A stretch of 64,000 nt of DNA from Candidatus Caldatribacterium sp. (GTDB taxonomy: Bacteria; Atribacterota; Atribacteria; Atribacterales; Caldatribacteriaceae). A program made the translations under genes and the position numbers. Below, piece after piece: positions 37,401 through 44,916 of the stretch (position 1 is its first letter; each line of letters begins with the position of its first letter). The stretch is taken from NCBI RefSeq assembly GCF_025060675.1, contig NZ_JANXBI010000036.1, one strand, 5' to 3'. Under the pieces are notes generated by a model. That model was not told the origin of the DNA, ran no database searches, and saw nothing but the letters and a program-made list of their open reading frames with translations.

Positions 37401-38839
37401 AAACCTTGCGGGAAGCGGGTCTCAATCCGTACCTTTTTGCTATGGCCAACATCCGTGACCAGTGCTCCTGGGTCCACCAGGGGGAGAAGGAGGAGGCCAC
37501 CGAAAAGGCAAAAGACCTCGTGGCCATGGCGGTGGCTCGGGCCGCCCTTCTTGAGCCCCTCACGCCTTTTCCCGTTCCCGTCGAGAAGGCGGTGCTTGTT
37601 GTTGGTGGAGGTCTTGCGGGAATGACGGCGGCTCTTGAAGCAGCGCGGCAGGGACTCTCTGTGTACCTTGTGGAACGGGAAAAGGACCTTGGTGGGCAGG
37701 ACCTTGCGTACACCCTTGAGGGGGTCCATCTTGCCAAGCTTCGGGAAGAGCTCAAAAAGGATATCGCGGCCCGCCCAAGCATTCAGGTGTTTACCGAGGC
37801 GAAACTCCTTGAGGTCAGTGGTTTTGTGGGGAATTTCGAAAGCCTCGTGGAGCAGCGGGGAACTCTCCATACCCTCAAGCACGGAGGGATTATCGTTGCT
37901 ACGGGTGGGAGAGAGTACCGTCCCGAAAGAGGAGTCTTCCTCTACGGAGAAGACCCGAGAGTCCTCACCCAGAGGGAGCTTGAACGGAGGATGCACCAAG
38001 GGAACTTCATACCCCCAAAACGGGTGGTCATGGTTCAGTGTGTCGGCTCTCGCAACGCGGCGCATCCGTACTGTAGCCGCGTCTGCTGCGTACAGGCGGT
38101 TAAAAACGCCCTGCGTCTTAAAGAGATTGCAAAGGATACGGAGATTGTGGTGCTCTACCAGGATATGCGAACCTATGGGCTGCATGAGCGGTACTACCAG
38201 GAGGCCAGAGCAAAGGGAGTATTCTTTGTGCGGTTTGGGGATGGGACAACGCCTGTGGTGGAAAAGCAGGGTGAGGATCTCCTGGTGCGGTTCTTTGACC
38301 CGCTCCTTGGAGCGGTAGTGGTAATACCTGCGGATTTTGTCGTTTTGAGTACCGGCGTCGTTCCCCAAGAGGACGCTCCAGCGCTTTCGAAACTCCTCAA
38401 AGTCCCTCTCACCCAGGATGGGTTTTTCCTTGAGGCCCATGTGAAACTTCGCCCGGTGGACTTTGCCACTGAAGGTATCTACGTCTGTGGGCTGGCCCAT
38501 GGTCCGAAACTCGCTGAGGAGAGCATTCTGCAAGCAAAGGCCGCCGTTGCCCGTCTCATGACGGTGTTGAGCAAAGACACCATACTCTCCGAGGCGCAAA
38601 TCGCCGCCGTGGATGAGAGGAAATGCGTCGCCTGTGGGGACTGCGAGCGGGTGTGCCAGTACCGGGCCATCCAGGTGGATTGGGGTAAACGGACTGCGCA
38701 GGTCAATCGAGCGTTGTGCAAGGGATGTGGCTTGTGCAGCGCCACCTGTCGGAGTGGAGCGGTGCAACTTTGTGGTTTCACGAAGGACGCGATTCTTGCC
38801 GAGGTGGAATACCTCTATGAGTGTTCCCTGGGAACCTAA
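34418..38839 (+). CDS. HdrL-type giant fusion: HdrA unit with inserted GltD/NfnB-like NAD(P)H module, plus a second HdrA unit and a ferredoxin domain
   Basis: 1473 aa.
- First HdrA unit: VVGGGIAGIEAA, then TFPTNDCAMCILSPK.
- GltD-like insertion at about nt 34890-36080: NPFPGICGRACHHPCMDQC, VAVVGAGPSGL, VIGGGNVAIDCA, FAGGD.
- First unit resumes: FVQCVGSRDVKRGHSYCSSVCC.
- Second unit from about nt 37620: VVGGGLAGMTAA, MVQCVGSRNAAHPYCSRVCC.
- C-terminus: CVACGDCERVC and CKGCGLCSATC.
- Start: ATG at 34418, preceded by taggaggggg. Confidence 0.85.
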   Translation: MERRNPLGTVLVVGGGIAGIEAALDLAEAGFFVHLVEKSSSIGGLMARLDKTFPTNDCAMCILSPKLVECGRHLNIAVHTLSEVVDVSGEPGHFVVTILENPRYVDVASCTGCGDCASVCPVDVPNDFEGGLSLRKAVFRLFPQAFPGAFQIHKKGVPNCQAACPLEQKAQGYIALLRQGRFAEAVQVVRMDNPFPGICGRACHHPCMDQCQRGMFDAPLRIPFLKRFLADWERNSGKVLLPQIRGERPERVAVVGAGPSGLSCAYFLRLLGYRVVVFEAQNQPGGMMRFGIPPYRLPREVVEWEIAALEQLGVEIRCGTSWGRDFTLADLFAWGYSAVYLACGAWKGAKLGVEGEDHPQVIDGLAYLLSCSRCEDVPKAERIAVIGGGNVAIDCARTALRQGAKEVTIYYRRSFDEMPARPEEVEEAREEGVEFVFCAAPKRFIERDGRLFLEMLGVRLCAPDESGRRRPEVVPGSEFTVSADLYIVATGQKIAIPKDEGLELTPWGTVRVDRNLATSIPRVFAGGDLVLGPATLVEAIAHGKRAAYAIDALFRGQSFGEDPRSPAPLALPWGTARNPGEQPRRLEVAKRLLGFSEVVSGYTEEEARKEAARCLSCGGCAECLRCVEACQRGAIRHGDEPRLRQLEVGAIIYAQGTEVLRPKEVLRELGLGRCPNVITSLDFERILNASGPTKGQVVRPSDGKVPRRIAFVQCVGSRDVKRGHSYCSSVCCMYAIKEALVAQEHLRVEGDSAPFEVTVFLIDMRAFGKDFERYYERAKAQGIRFVRGRVSHVLPQENGDVVVFSVDEGGNKRSEVYDLVVLSVGLCVPEEERKRLRELGIPLDPEGFPYTAAFGTRMVRPGIFVCGSLAGPKDIPGTVVEAGAVACEVGALLAPSRRQHVREKTYPKEREVRSEPLRIGVFVCRCGVNIAGVVDTGAVAAWARELPGVVYVEENLYTCSQDTQERIKEKIAEYRLNRVVVASCSPRTHEPLFRETLREAGLNPYLFAMANIRDQCSWVHQGEKEEATEKAKDLVAMAVARAALLEPLTPFPVPVEKAVLVVGGGLAGMTAALEAARQGLSVYLVEREKDLGGQDLAYTLEGVHLAKLREELKKDIAARPSIQVFTEAKLLEVSGFVGNFESLVEQRGTLHTLKHGGIIVATGGREYRPERGVFLYGEDPRVLTQRELERRMHQGNFIPPKRVVMVQCVGSRNAAHPYCSRVCCVQAVKNALRLKEIAKDTEIVVLYQDMRTYGLHERYYQEARAKGVFFVRFGDGTTPVVEKQGEDLLVRFFDPLLGAVVVIPADFVVLSTGVVPQEDAPALSKLLKVPLTQDGFFLEAHVKLRPVDFATEGIYVCGLAHGPKLAEESILQAKAAVARLMTVLSKDTILSEAQIAAVDERKCVACGDCERVCQYRAIQVDWGKRTAQVNRALCKGCGLCSATCRSGAVQLCGFTKDAILAEVEYLYECSLGT

Positions 38840-39251
38840 AATCGTTGCCTTTCTCTGCCACTGGTGTAGTTACGCGGGGGCGGATCTTGCTGGGGTGAGC
38901 CGGATGCAGTACCCTCCGAATATCCGGGTCATTCGAGTCCCGTGCTCAGGGAGCGTTGACCCTCTCTCCATTCTCAAGGCACTCCGAGACGGAGCTGATG
39001 GGGTGCTCGTCTCAGGATGTCATCCGGGAGACTGCCACTACCTGAGCGGGAATTACTTTGCTCGGCGGAAGTTCCTCGTGTTGCATGAGCTTTTTAGGTT
39101 CCTCGGCCTTGAAGGGCGAGTGCACTTTTCCTGGATTTCGGCCTCAGAGGGGCAACGTTTCGCCGAAGTGGTGGATGCTGTTGTTGAGGCGGTTCGGGGT
39201 CTCGGTCCGAATCCCCTGGTGAGGGAGTGGAGGTCTCATGACGCTCCGTGA
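38817..39251 (+). CDS. mvhD: MvhD/FlxD-type [2Fe-2S] protein (methyl-viologen-reducing hydrogenase delta subunit family)
   Basis: KIVAFLCHWCSYAGADLAGVSRMQYPPNIRVIRVPCSGSVDP...GADGVLVSGCHPGDCHY is a near-consensus MvhD sequence. Confidence 0.9.
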   Translation: MSVPWEPKIVAFLCHWCSYAGADLAGVSRMQYPPNIRVIRVPCSGSVDPLSILKALRDGADGVLVSGCHPGDCHYLSGNYFARRKFLVLHELFRFLGLEGRVHFSWISASEGQRFAEVVDAVVEAVRGLGPNPLVREWRSHDAP

Positions 39252-40161
39252 GGTTGCTCGAAAGCTCCTTGAGGAAGGGACTGTTCAGGCCGTCTTGGGG
39301 TATCGGCAAGGATCGTTGCCCTTTCGTGTTCGCCCTTCTCTTTTCCGGAGCCCCGAAGATGTGAGAGAACTCATCTTCACCCCTTTCTGTGGGGTGAATC
39401 TGGCAAAGTACCTTTTCCACCTTCCCCAAAAGGGTGAGAGGGTGGCCATCGTCGCCAAAGGGTGTGATGGTCGCTCCCTTGTGGTCCTCATGCAAGAGCA
39501 CCAGGTTCGGCGGGAGGACCTCTACATCCTTGGGGTACGCTGTCCGGGAATGGTGGACTGGAGGAAGCTCTCCGAAACGTGGAAGGACCTGAAGGAGCAG
39601 GAGGTGTGCTTTGAGGGGGAGAGGCTTATTGTGCGAGGAACTGCGTACCCTCTTTCGTCTTTCCTTGAGGCATCGTGCAAGCGATGTCGCTATCGGAGCC
39701 CCCTTGTGTACGACGTGCTTTTGGGTGAGGAACCCCCTCCTTTCCCCTTTGTGGATACTTTGCGTGAGCTTTGGCAGCTCCTTCCCGAGAAGCGGTGGGC
39801 ATTCTTCGCCCAAGAATTCTCTCGTTGCATTCGTTGCTACGCCTGTCGGAATGCCTGCCCGATGTGTTACTGCAAGGAGTGCTTTGCCGAAAGCCACAGG
39901 CCCTTTTTCCTCCATCCCTCTCCGACGCTTCGAGATACGTTCGTGTTCCACCTGGGTCGGGCCATGCACCTTGCGGGGAGATGCGTCGGTTGTGGTGCCT
40001 GTGAGCGTGCTTGTCCTTTGAGAATACCTATCGCCACGCTCTTTTTCGCCGTCTCGGAGACAGTGCGAGAAGCGTTTGCCTTTGAGGCTGGGGTGGATAC
40101 CACGGCTTCAGCACCCTTTGTGACCTACCGGGAGGATGATCCTGATGCGTTTATCCGGTGA
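39238..40161 (+). CDS. Fe-S protein, FlxC / FrhB-like
   Basis: CIRCYACRNACPMCYCKEC and CVGCGACERACP match the CxxCxxCxxxCPxCxC pattern shared with the AsrA/HydB/Flx Fe-S subunits. The exact family assignment is uncertain. Confidence 0.55.
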   Translation: MTLREVARKLLEEGTVQAVLGYRQGSLPFRVRPSLFRSPEDVRELIFTPFCGVNLAKYLFHLPQKGERVAIVAKGCDGRSLVVLMQEHQVRREDLYILGVRCPGMVDWRKLSETWKDLKEQEVCFEGERLIVRGTAYPLSSFLEASCKRCRYRSPLVYDVLLGEEPPPFPFVDTLRELWQLLPEKRWAFFAQEFSRCIRCYACRNACPMCYCKECFAESHRPFFLHPSPTLRDTFVFHLGRAMHLAGRCVGCGACERACPLRIPIATLFFAVSETVREAFAFEAGVDTTASAPFVTYREDDPDAFIR

Positions 40162-41101
40162 AGGTCGTGTCGTATCGTATGAGGCATTCCTCAAGTGGTT
40201 CGAAGGGAAAAAGGTTTTCGTGACAGAAACGGTTCATAGCCGTTTCCCCCTTCCTTTCCCCTCTCTTCCCACCCCCAAGAGTCTCCTCCTCCCCCAGAGG
40301 GAGGTATTGTACCGCTTTTTCTGGGCAAAGAGGACATGGAACATCCTCTCCCTCCCCCCCTCCTCAGAGGAGGTCTTCTTGCTCTGTGCTCCCTGTGAGG
40401 CAAGAGCCGTGGTTGAAGTCCTTGATACGGTCTTTCTCCAGAGTGCTCCCACGGATACCTCGTATGCGGAAAGGCGCAAGAACCTCACCCTTGTGGTTGT
40501 GGGATGCACCTTCTTTGCAGCCACCTGTTTCTGCACGAACGTTGGTGGGCATCCCCTCTCTTGGAAGGGGGCGAAGGGTTTCGCCCTCCCCTTTGCGTTT
40601 TTGGTGTACCTAGAAGGAGAGGGACCAGAAGGTCGGCCTCTAGAGCCTCAAGAGGAGCAAGAGCTTGAGATGCTCGTCGAACGCCTGGAGCACGATGCCC
40701 TGCCACCCCTTCCTGAGGAGACGCCTGAACGCCTCTTGAGGGCTTTTGAAGGGGCTGCCTGGGAGGAGGTCACCTGGGGGTGCTTGAACTGTGGGGCCTG
40801 TACGTTTCTCTGCCCGACGTGCTTTTGCTTTGACCTTGTGCCAGAGGGAAAGCTCCGTGGGGCAATGGTTCGGACCTGGGACAGCTGCATGTTCCCAAAG
40901 TTTACCCTCCATGCCTCTTCCCATAACCCAAGACCCCATCCGATGCAGCGGGTTCGCCAGAGAATCCTCCACAAGTTCTCGTATTTCCCCCTTCGGAAAG
41001 GGGTGTTTGGTTGCGTAGGATGTGGGCGATGTGCGCTCCTTTGTCCGGTCAACTGGGACATCCAGGAGGCTTTAGGGAAGGTGATGTCCAGTGCGCCATG
41101 A
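40136..41101 (+). CDS. Fe-S protein, sulfhydrogenase beta (HydB/ShyB) / AsrA / FlxB-like
   Basis: CLNCGACTFLCPTCFCFD...WDSCMF...CVGCGRCALLCP is typical of the anaerobic sulfite reductase A / sulfhydrogenase beta family. Confidence 0.7.
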   Translation: MILMRLSGEGRVVSYEAFLKWFEGKKVFVTETVHSRFPLPFPSLPTPKSLLLPQREVLYRFFWAKRTWNILSLPPSSEEVFLLCAPCEARAVVEVLDTVFLQSAPTDTSYAERRKNLTLVVVGCTFFAATCFCTNVGGHPLSWKGAKGFALPFAFLVYLEGEGPEGRPLEPQEEQELEMLVERLEHDALPPLPEETPERLLRAFEGAAWEEVTWGCLNCGACTFLCPTCFCFDLVPEGKLRGAMVRTWDSCMFPKFTLHASSHNPRPHPMQRVRQRILHKFSYFPLRKGVFGCVGCGRCALLCPVNWDIQEALGKVMSSAP

Positions 41102-41918
41102 AGGGATTTACACTCCTTGCCTTCTCCCCATAGAGGAGATTCTTGAGGAGACCCCTGACATTAAGACGTTTCGGGTTCGCCGCCCAGAGGGCTTTGCCTA
41201 CCTCCCAGGGCAGTTTGTGGCGATTTTCGTGCCTGGGGTTGGAGAAGCGCCCTTTTCCATTGCTTCGTCACCGACGGAGGAGAGATTCCTTGAGTTCAGC
41301 GTGAAGCGCTTGGGTTCAGTCACAAGCGCCCTCCATCGCCTCAACCCTGGAGATGTCGTTGGTCTTCGAGGGCCTTACGGCAATGGGTTCCCCCTTGGAG
41401 CATTGATTGGGAAAAACCTCCTCTTTGTGGGTGGGGGCATTGGTCTTGCGCCACTGCGCTCTCTCATTACCTATGTCCTCTCCCCGGAACACCGACCATC
41501 TTTCGGAGAAGTGTACATTCTCTATGGGGCCCGCACGCCGCAAGACCTTGTTTTCCGGTGGGAACTTTCTCACTGGGAGAGGCGAAACGACCTCACCCTT
41601 TGCCTCACCGTTGATGAGGGGGATGCCACCTGGAGCGGCAGGGTGGGGCTTGTGCCCAACGTGCTTCGAGAGGTCTTCTCCTTCCCCAGCGACAACTGGG
41701 TGAGTATTGTCTGTGGCCCCCCGATTATGATAAAGTTTACCATCAAAGCACTTCGGGAAATGGGTTTCATGGCTAGAAACGTCCTCACAACCCTTGAGAT
41801 GAAAATGAAGTGCGGCCTTGGTAAGTGTGGACGATGCAACATCGGTCCGTACTACGTGTGTCATGATGGGCCGGTGTTCTCGTACGAGATGCTTCTGACA
41901 ATGCCTGAGGAGTACTGA
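41091..41918 (+). CDS. FAD/NAD(P)H oxidoreductase with C-terminal [2Fe-2S], sulfhydrogenase gamma (HydG/ShyC) / AsrB / FlxA / PyrK-like
   Basis: It has an FNR-like fold (GQFVAIFVPGVGEAPFSI, FVGGGIGLAPL) and a C-terminal CGLGKCGRCNIG...VCHDGPVF. It uses a GTG start overlapping the upstream stop. Confidence 0.8.
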   Translation: MRHEGIYTPCLLPIEEILEETPDIKTFRVRRPEGFAYLPGQFVAIFVPGVGEAPFSIASSPTEERFLEFSVKRLGSVTSALHRLNPGDVVGLRGPYGNGFPLGALIGKNLLFVGGGIGLAPLRSLITYVLSPEHRPSFGEVYILYGARTPQDLVFRWELSHWERRNDLTLCLTVDEGDATWSGRVGLVPNVLREVFSFPSDNWVSIVCGPPIMIKFTIKALREMGFMARNVLTTLEMKMKCGLGKCGRCNIGPYYVCHDGPVFSYEMLLTMPEEY

Positions 41919-41920
41919 CC

Positions 41921-43258
41921 ATGGAGTATCGAGAGGCTTTAGAATACCTTTTTGGGCTTATCAACTATGAGAAGACGAACATTCCCTACACCGACCTCAA
42001 ACTTGAGCGGATGCGGGAGTTTATGGCCCGCCTTGGGAATCCCGAGCGCCATCTCCCCACCGTCCTTATCGCGGGGACCAAAGGGAAAGGGAGCACTTCT
42101 TACCTCCTCCACCGCCTCTTTGGTGGGTTCCGTTTCCGCTGTGGTCTCTACTCTAAGCCTCACCTATTCACCTTCCGAGAACGTATCCGTATAAACGATG
42201 AGCTCATTACGCCGAAGGAGCTTGCCAACCTCGTTGCTGAGGTCCGTCCTGTTGTGGAACGCATGGGGTGGGAATCACCTTGGGGGAAACCGACTTACTT
42301 TGAGGCCTCAGTTGGTCTTGCTATGCTGTACTTTGTGGAGCGTAAGGTTGATGTGGCGGTTGTGGAAGTTGGCCTTGGGGGGAGACTCGATGCGACAAAC
42401 GTCACCGAACCCTGTGTGACCGTTATCACCCCAATAAGCTTTGACCACATGGAGGTTCTTGGGAATACTTTGACGGCCATCGCCCGTGAGAAAGCTGGGA
42501 TTCTCCGTCCTTCTGTCCCCCTTGTCCTTGCTCCTCAGGAGGATGAAGCGCGAAGGACTATCCTTGAGGAGGCTCAAAAAAAGGGTGCACCAGTTTTTGA
42601 GGTTGCTCACCTTGCCAGGGTGGAGATTCGAGAGAGGAGCCGAGAAGGTTCTCGATTCTCCTTTTCCATCCCGCAATGGGGAGAGGGGGAGGTTGGGCTT
42701 CCACTCCTTGGGGACCACCAGGTGACGAATGCGCTCTCAGCACTCTTTGCGCTTTCCCTTTTTGACCTTCCCTTTGACCTTTCCCGCGTGAGAGAGGCGT
42801 TCACCTCTTTCTCTTTCCGGGGACGGGTGGATGTCCTTCTGCAGAATCCGCTTGTCGTCTTTGACGTTGCCCACAACCAAGCGTCGTTTCGGGCACTCCG
42901 CAGAGCTTTGCAGGAATACCTTGGAGTGGAGAAGGCCATCTACCTTCTTGGGTTCCTTGAGGGGAAGGATTGTGCGGGAATTGCCCAAGAGCTCCAAGGC
43001 GCCGCGGCACATCTTGTGCTCACAGAGCCTCTCCATCCAAAGGCTTTGCCTGCTGTGAGAGCCCTGACGTACTTTGAGGCGTTCCCGGTTCCTAAGGAAG
43101 TTGTTCCCGATGCGTGTCGAGCAAAGGAGAGAGCTCTTGCTCTTGCAGAGTCCTTGGGTCTCCCCCTTGTGGTTGCTGGGTCTTTCTACCTTGCTCGACC
43201 TTTCCAGGAGGAGTTTCGAGTGCGGGATGTCCTCGAAGAGGAGGTGGAACTGTGCTGA
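41921..43258 (+). CDS. folC: Folylpolyglutamate synthase / dihydrofolate synthase
   Basis: P-loop IAGTKGKGST and the Mur-ligase motifs (VVEVGLGGRLDATN, HQVTNA). Confidence 0.9.
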   Translation: MEYREALEYLFGLINYEKTNIPYTDLKLERMREFMARLGNPERHLPTVLIAGTKGKGSTSYLLHRLFGGFRFRCGLYSKPHLFTFRERIRINDELITPKELANLVAEVRPVVERMGWESPWGKPTYFEASVGLAMLYFVERKVDVAVVEVGLGGRLDATNVTEPCVTVITPISFDHMEVLGNTLTAIAREKAGILRPSVPLVLAPQEDEARRTILEEAQKKGAPVFEVAHLARVEIRERSREGSRFSFSIPQWGEGEVGLPLLGDHQVTNALSALFALSLFDLPFDLSRVREAFTSFSFRGRVDVLLQNPLVVFDVAHNQASFRALRRALQEYLGVEKAIYLLGFLEGKDCAGIAQELQGAAAHLVLTEPLHPKALPAVRALTYFEAFPVPKEVVPDACRAKERALALAESLGLPLVVAGSFYLARPFQEEFRVRDVLEEEVELC

Positions 43259-44052
43259 TTGTGGCCGAACGTATTAATGCGGCGAGAAAGCCTATTCGAG
43301 AAGCCCTGGAGCGCAAAGATGTGGCTTTGCTCCTTGAGGAGGCAAAAAAGCAAGAGGCGGCAGGAGCCCATTTCCTTGATGTGAACGCAGGAACAGAGGC
43401 AGAGGAGGAAATCGCTAACCTTCCTTGGCTTGTGGAACTCCTCCAGGAGGAGGTTGCCATCCCCCTCTGTCTTGACACGGCCAACGATCAAGCCCTGGAG
43501 CGGGCTTTGGCAGTGTACAAGAAGAAAGAGGTCATGATTAACTCTTTCACCGCTGAACCCCACCGCATCGCGGGGGTGTTGCCCCTTGCCAAGGCCTATG
43601 GTGCGTACGTTGTAGGGCTGGCGATGGGTACTGGGGGTATCCCCGAATCCGTTGCCGATCGTCTACGACTTGTGGAACAGCTTGTTCGTGCCGCTTCTGA
43701 CTATGGTATTCCCGAAGAACGCCTTTTCATTGATCCCCTTGTTGTACCTATCGGTACCGACCAGAGGCAAGGGAGGGTATTTCTTGAGACCCTCAAAGAG
43801 ATTAAGGAAGAGTTCCCTGGTGTCCGAACCATCTGTGGTTTGAGCAACATCTCCTTTGGAATGCCCAATCGTCGTCTTCTCAACCGGACGTTTCTTGCCT
43901 TGTGTGCTGGGTACGGTCTTGATGCGGCTATTATTGATCCCCTCGATCGGGAACTCATGTCGGTGCTTTACGCTGCTCTTGCGCTTTTGGGACAGGATGA
44001 ATTCTGTATGAACTACATTGCCGCCTATCGGGCGGGGAAGTTGTGTCCGTGA
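43252..44052 (+). CDS. Methyltetrahydrofolate:corrinoid methyltransferase (pterin-binding, AcsE/MeTr/MtrH-like)
   Basis: ERINAARK...FLDVNAG...LCLDTAN...INSFT...GLSNISFGMPNR is the pterin-binding TIM-barrel pattern. The GTG at 43252 is preceded by gaggaggtgg and overlaps the folC stop. Confidence 0.8.
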   Translation: MLIVAERINAARKPIREALERKDVALLLEEAKKQEAAGAHFLDVNAGTEAEEEIANLPWLVELLQEEVAIPLCLDTANDQALERALAVYKKKEVMINSFTAEPHRIAGVLPLAKAYGAYVVGLAMGTGGIPESVADRLRLVEQLVRAASDYGIPEERLFIDPLVVPIGTDQRQGRVFLETLKEIKEEFPGVRTICGLSNISFGMPNRRLLNRTFLALCAGYGLDAAIIDPLDRELMSVLYAALALLGQDEFCMNYIAAYRAGKLCP

Positions 44053-44064
44053 CAGGTTTGCGGT

Positions 44065-44913
44065 ATGATTGGATGGGTGACAGAGGTGCGAAGGGGTTGC
44101 TTTGTCCTCCTTCTTTTGGGTTTCCTCTTTGGGATTGCGCAGGGTGCTTCTGCGCTCCGTGTCCTGGACTGGGCCCTGTGTCGGGGCCTTGACAAGGATG
44201 GCCTTCCCCTTGACCGGATTGATAAGTTCAGCACCGAAGACCAGGCGGTGGTCTTTTGGGTCTTCCTTGAGGGTGCACAAAAGGGAGACGAATGCCACTT
44301 CGTGTTTGTCCCCCCTTCTGGAACCCCTTTTGAGAGTTTCCTCATCCTTGAAGACGTTGGGGAGTACATAGGTGTCAAGGGGGAACTCCCCCTTGCCGGG
44401 CGATCGTTGCCTGCGGGACGATGGACAGCTCGCCTTTTCATCCGTGGGGAGCAGCTCCTTGAGGCCTCATTCACCCTTGTTGAGAGTAGCATCGTGGCGA
44501 GTGCCTCACAGGATGAAGCAGTGCGGCGTACCGCTTCTCTTCTTGCAGAGTTTGGTTATACGGTTTTTGATGTGGGGTTCCTTGCGGAAGAGAATCAAGC
44601 GTACATCCGTATGGAGATGGCAACCCGTTCCCTTGACCAGGCGCTATGGAACCAAATTGGAGTGGGATTTGACTCTCTCAAGCGGCTTTTCCCTGGAGCC
44701 GCCTGGCTTGTGGTCCAGCTCCTTATGGACAAAGAGTACGTTTTGAGCTTCCAGGTCAAGACGTACGATTTTGATATCTGGCGACGAGGGTATTTGAGCT
44801 CTGATGAGTTCTGGAAGAAGCGGGTTCTCAGGTATGTTTATAATATACGGAAACGAGAAGAGGTGAAGGACGTCAAGGGCTTTTACGCTGAAAAGTTTGG
44901 TGTGGTTTTCTGA
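44065..44913 (+). CDS. Hypothetical secreted or membrane-anchored protein
   Basis: 282 aa with an N-terminal hydrophobic signal/anchor (CFVLLLLGFLFGIAQGASA). Codon usage is consistent with its neighbours. I recognised no family. Confidence 0.45.
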   Translation: MIGWVTEVRRGCFVLLLLGFLFGIAQGASALRVLDWALCRGLDKDGLPLDRIDKFSTEDQAVVFWVFLEGAQKGDECHFVFVPPSGTPFESFLILEDVGEYIGVKGELPLAGRSLPAGRWTARLFIRGEQLLEASFTLVESSIVASASQDEAVRRTASLLAEFGYTVFDVGFLAEENQAYIRMEMATRSLDQALWNQIGVGFDSLKRLFPGAAWLVVQLLMDKEYVLSFQVKTYDFDIWRRGYLSSDEFWKKRVLRYVYNIRKREEVKDVKGFYAEKFGVVF

Positions 44914-44916
44914 GGA

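Noticed and set aside
35972-38767. A 931-aa ORF on the minus strand, the second longest in the track.
   Set aside because: It lies entirely antisense to the well-supported HdrL-type gene. The translation is low-complexity (rich in R, P, G, H, L) with no recognisable motifs. This is typical of stop-poor antisense frames in GC-rich coding DNA.
34418-39251. Selenocysteine (in-frame TGA) recoding, which occurs in some HdrA and MvhD homologues.
   Set aside because: Both ORFs are continuous, with Cys at the relevant positions. No in-frame TGA needs to be read through.
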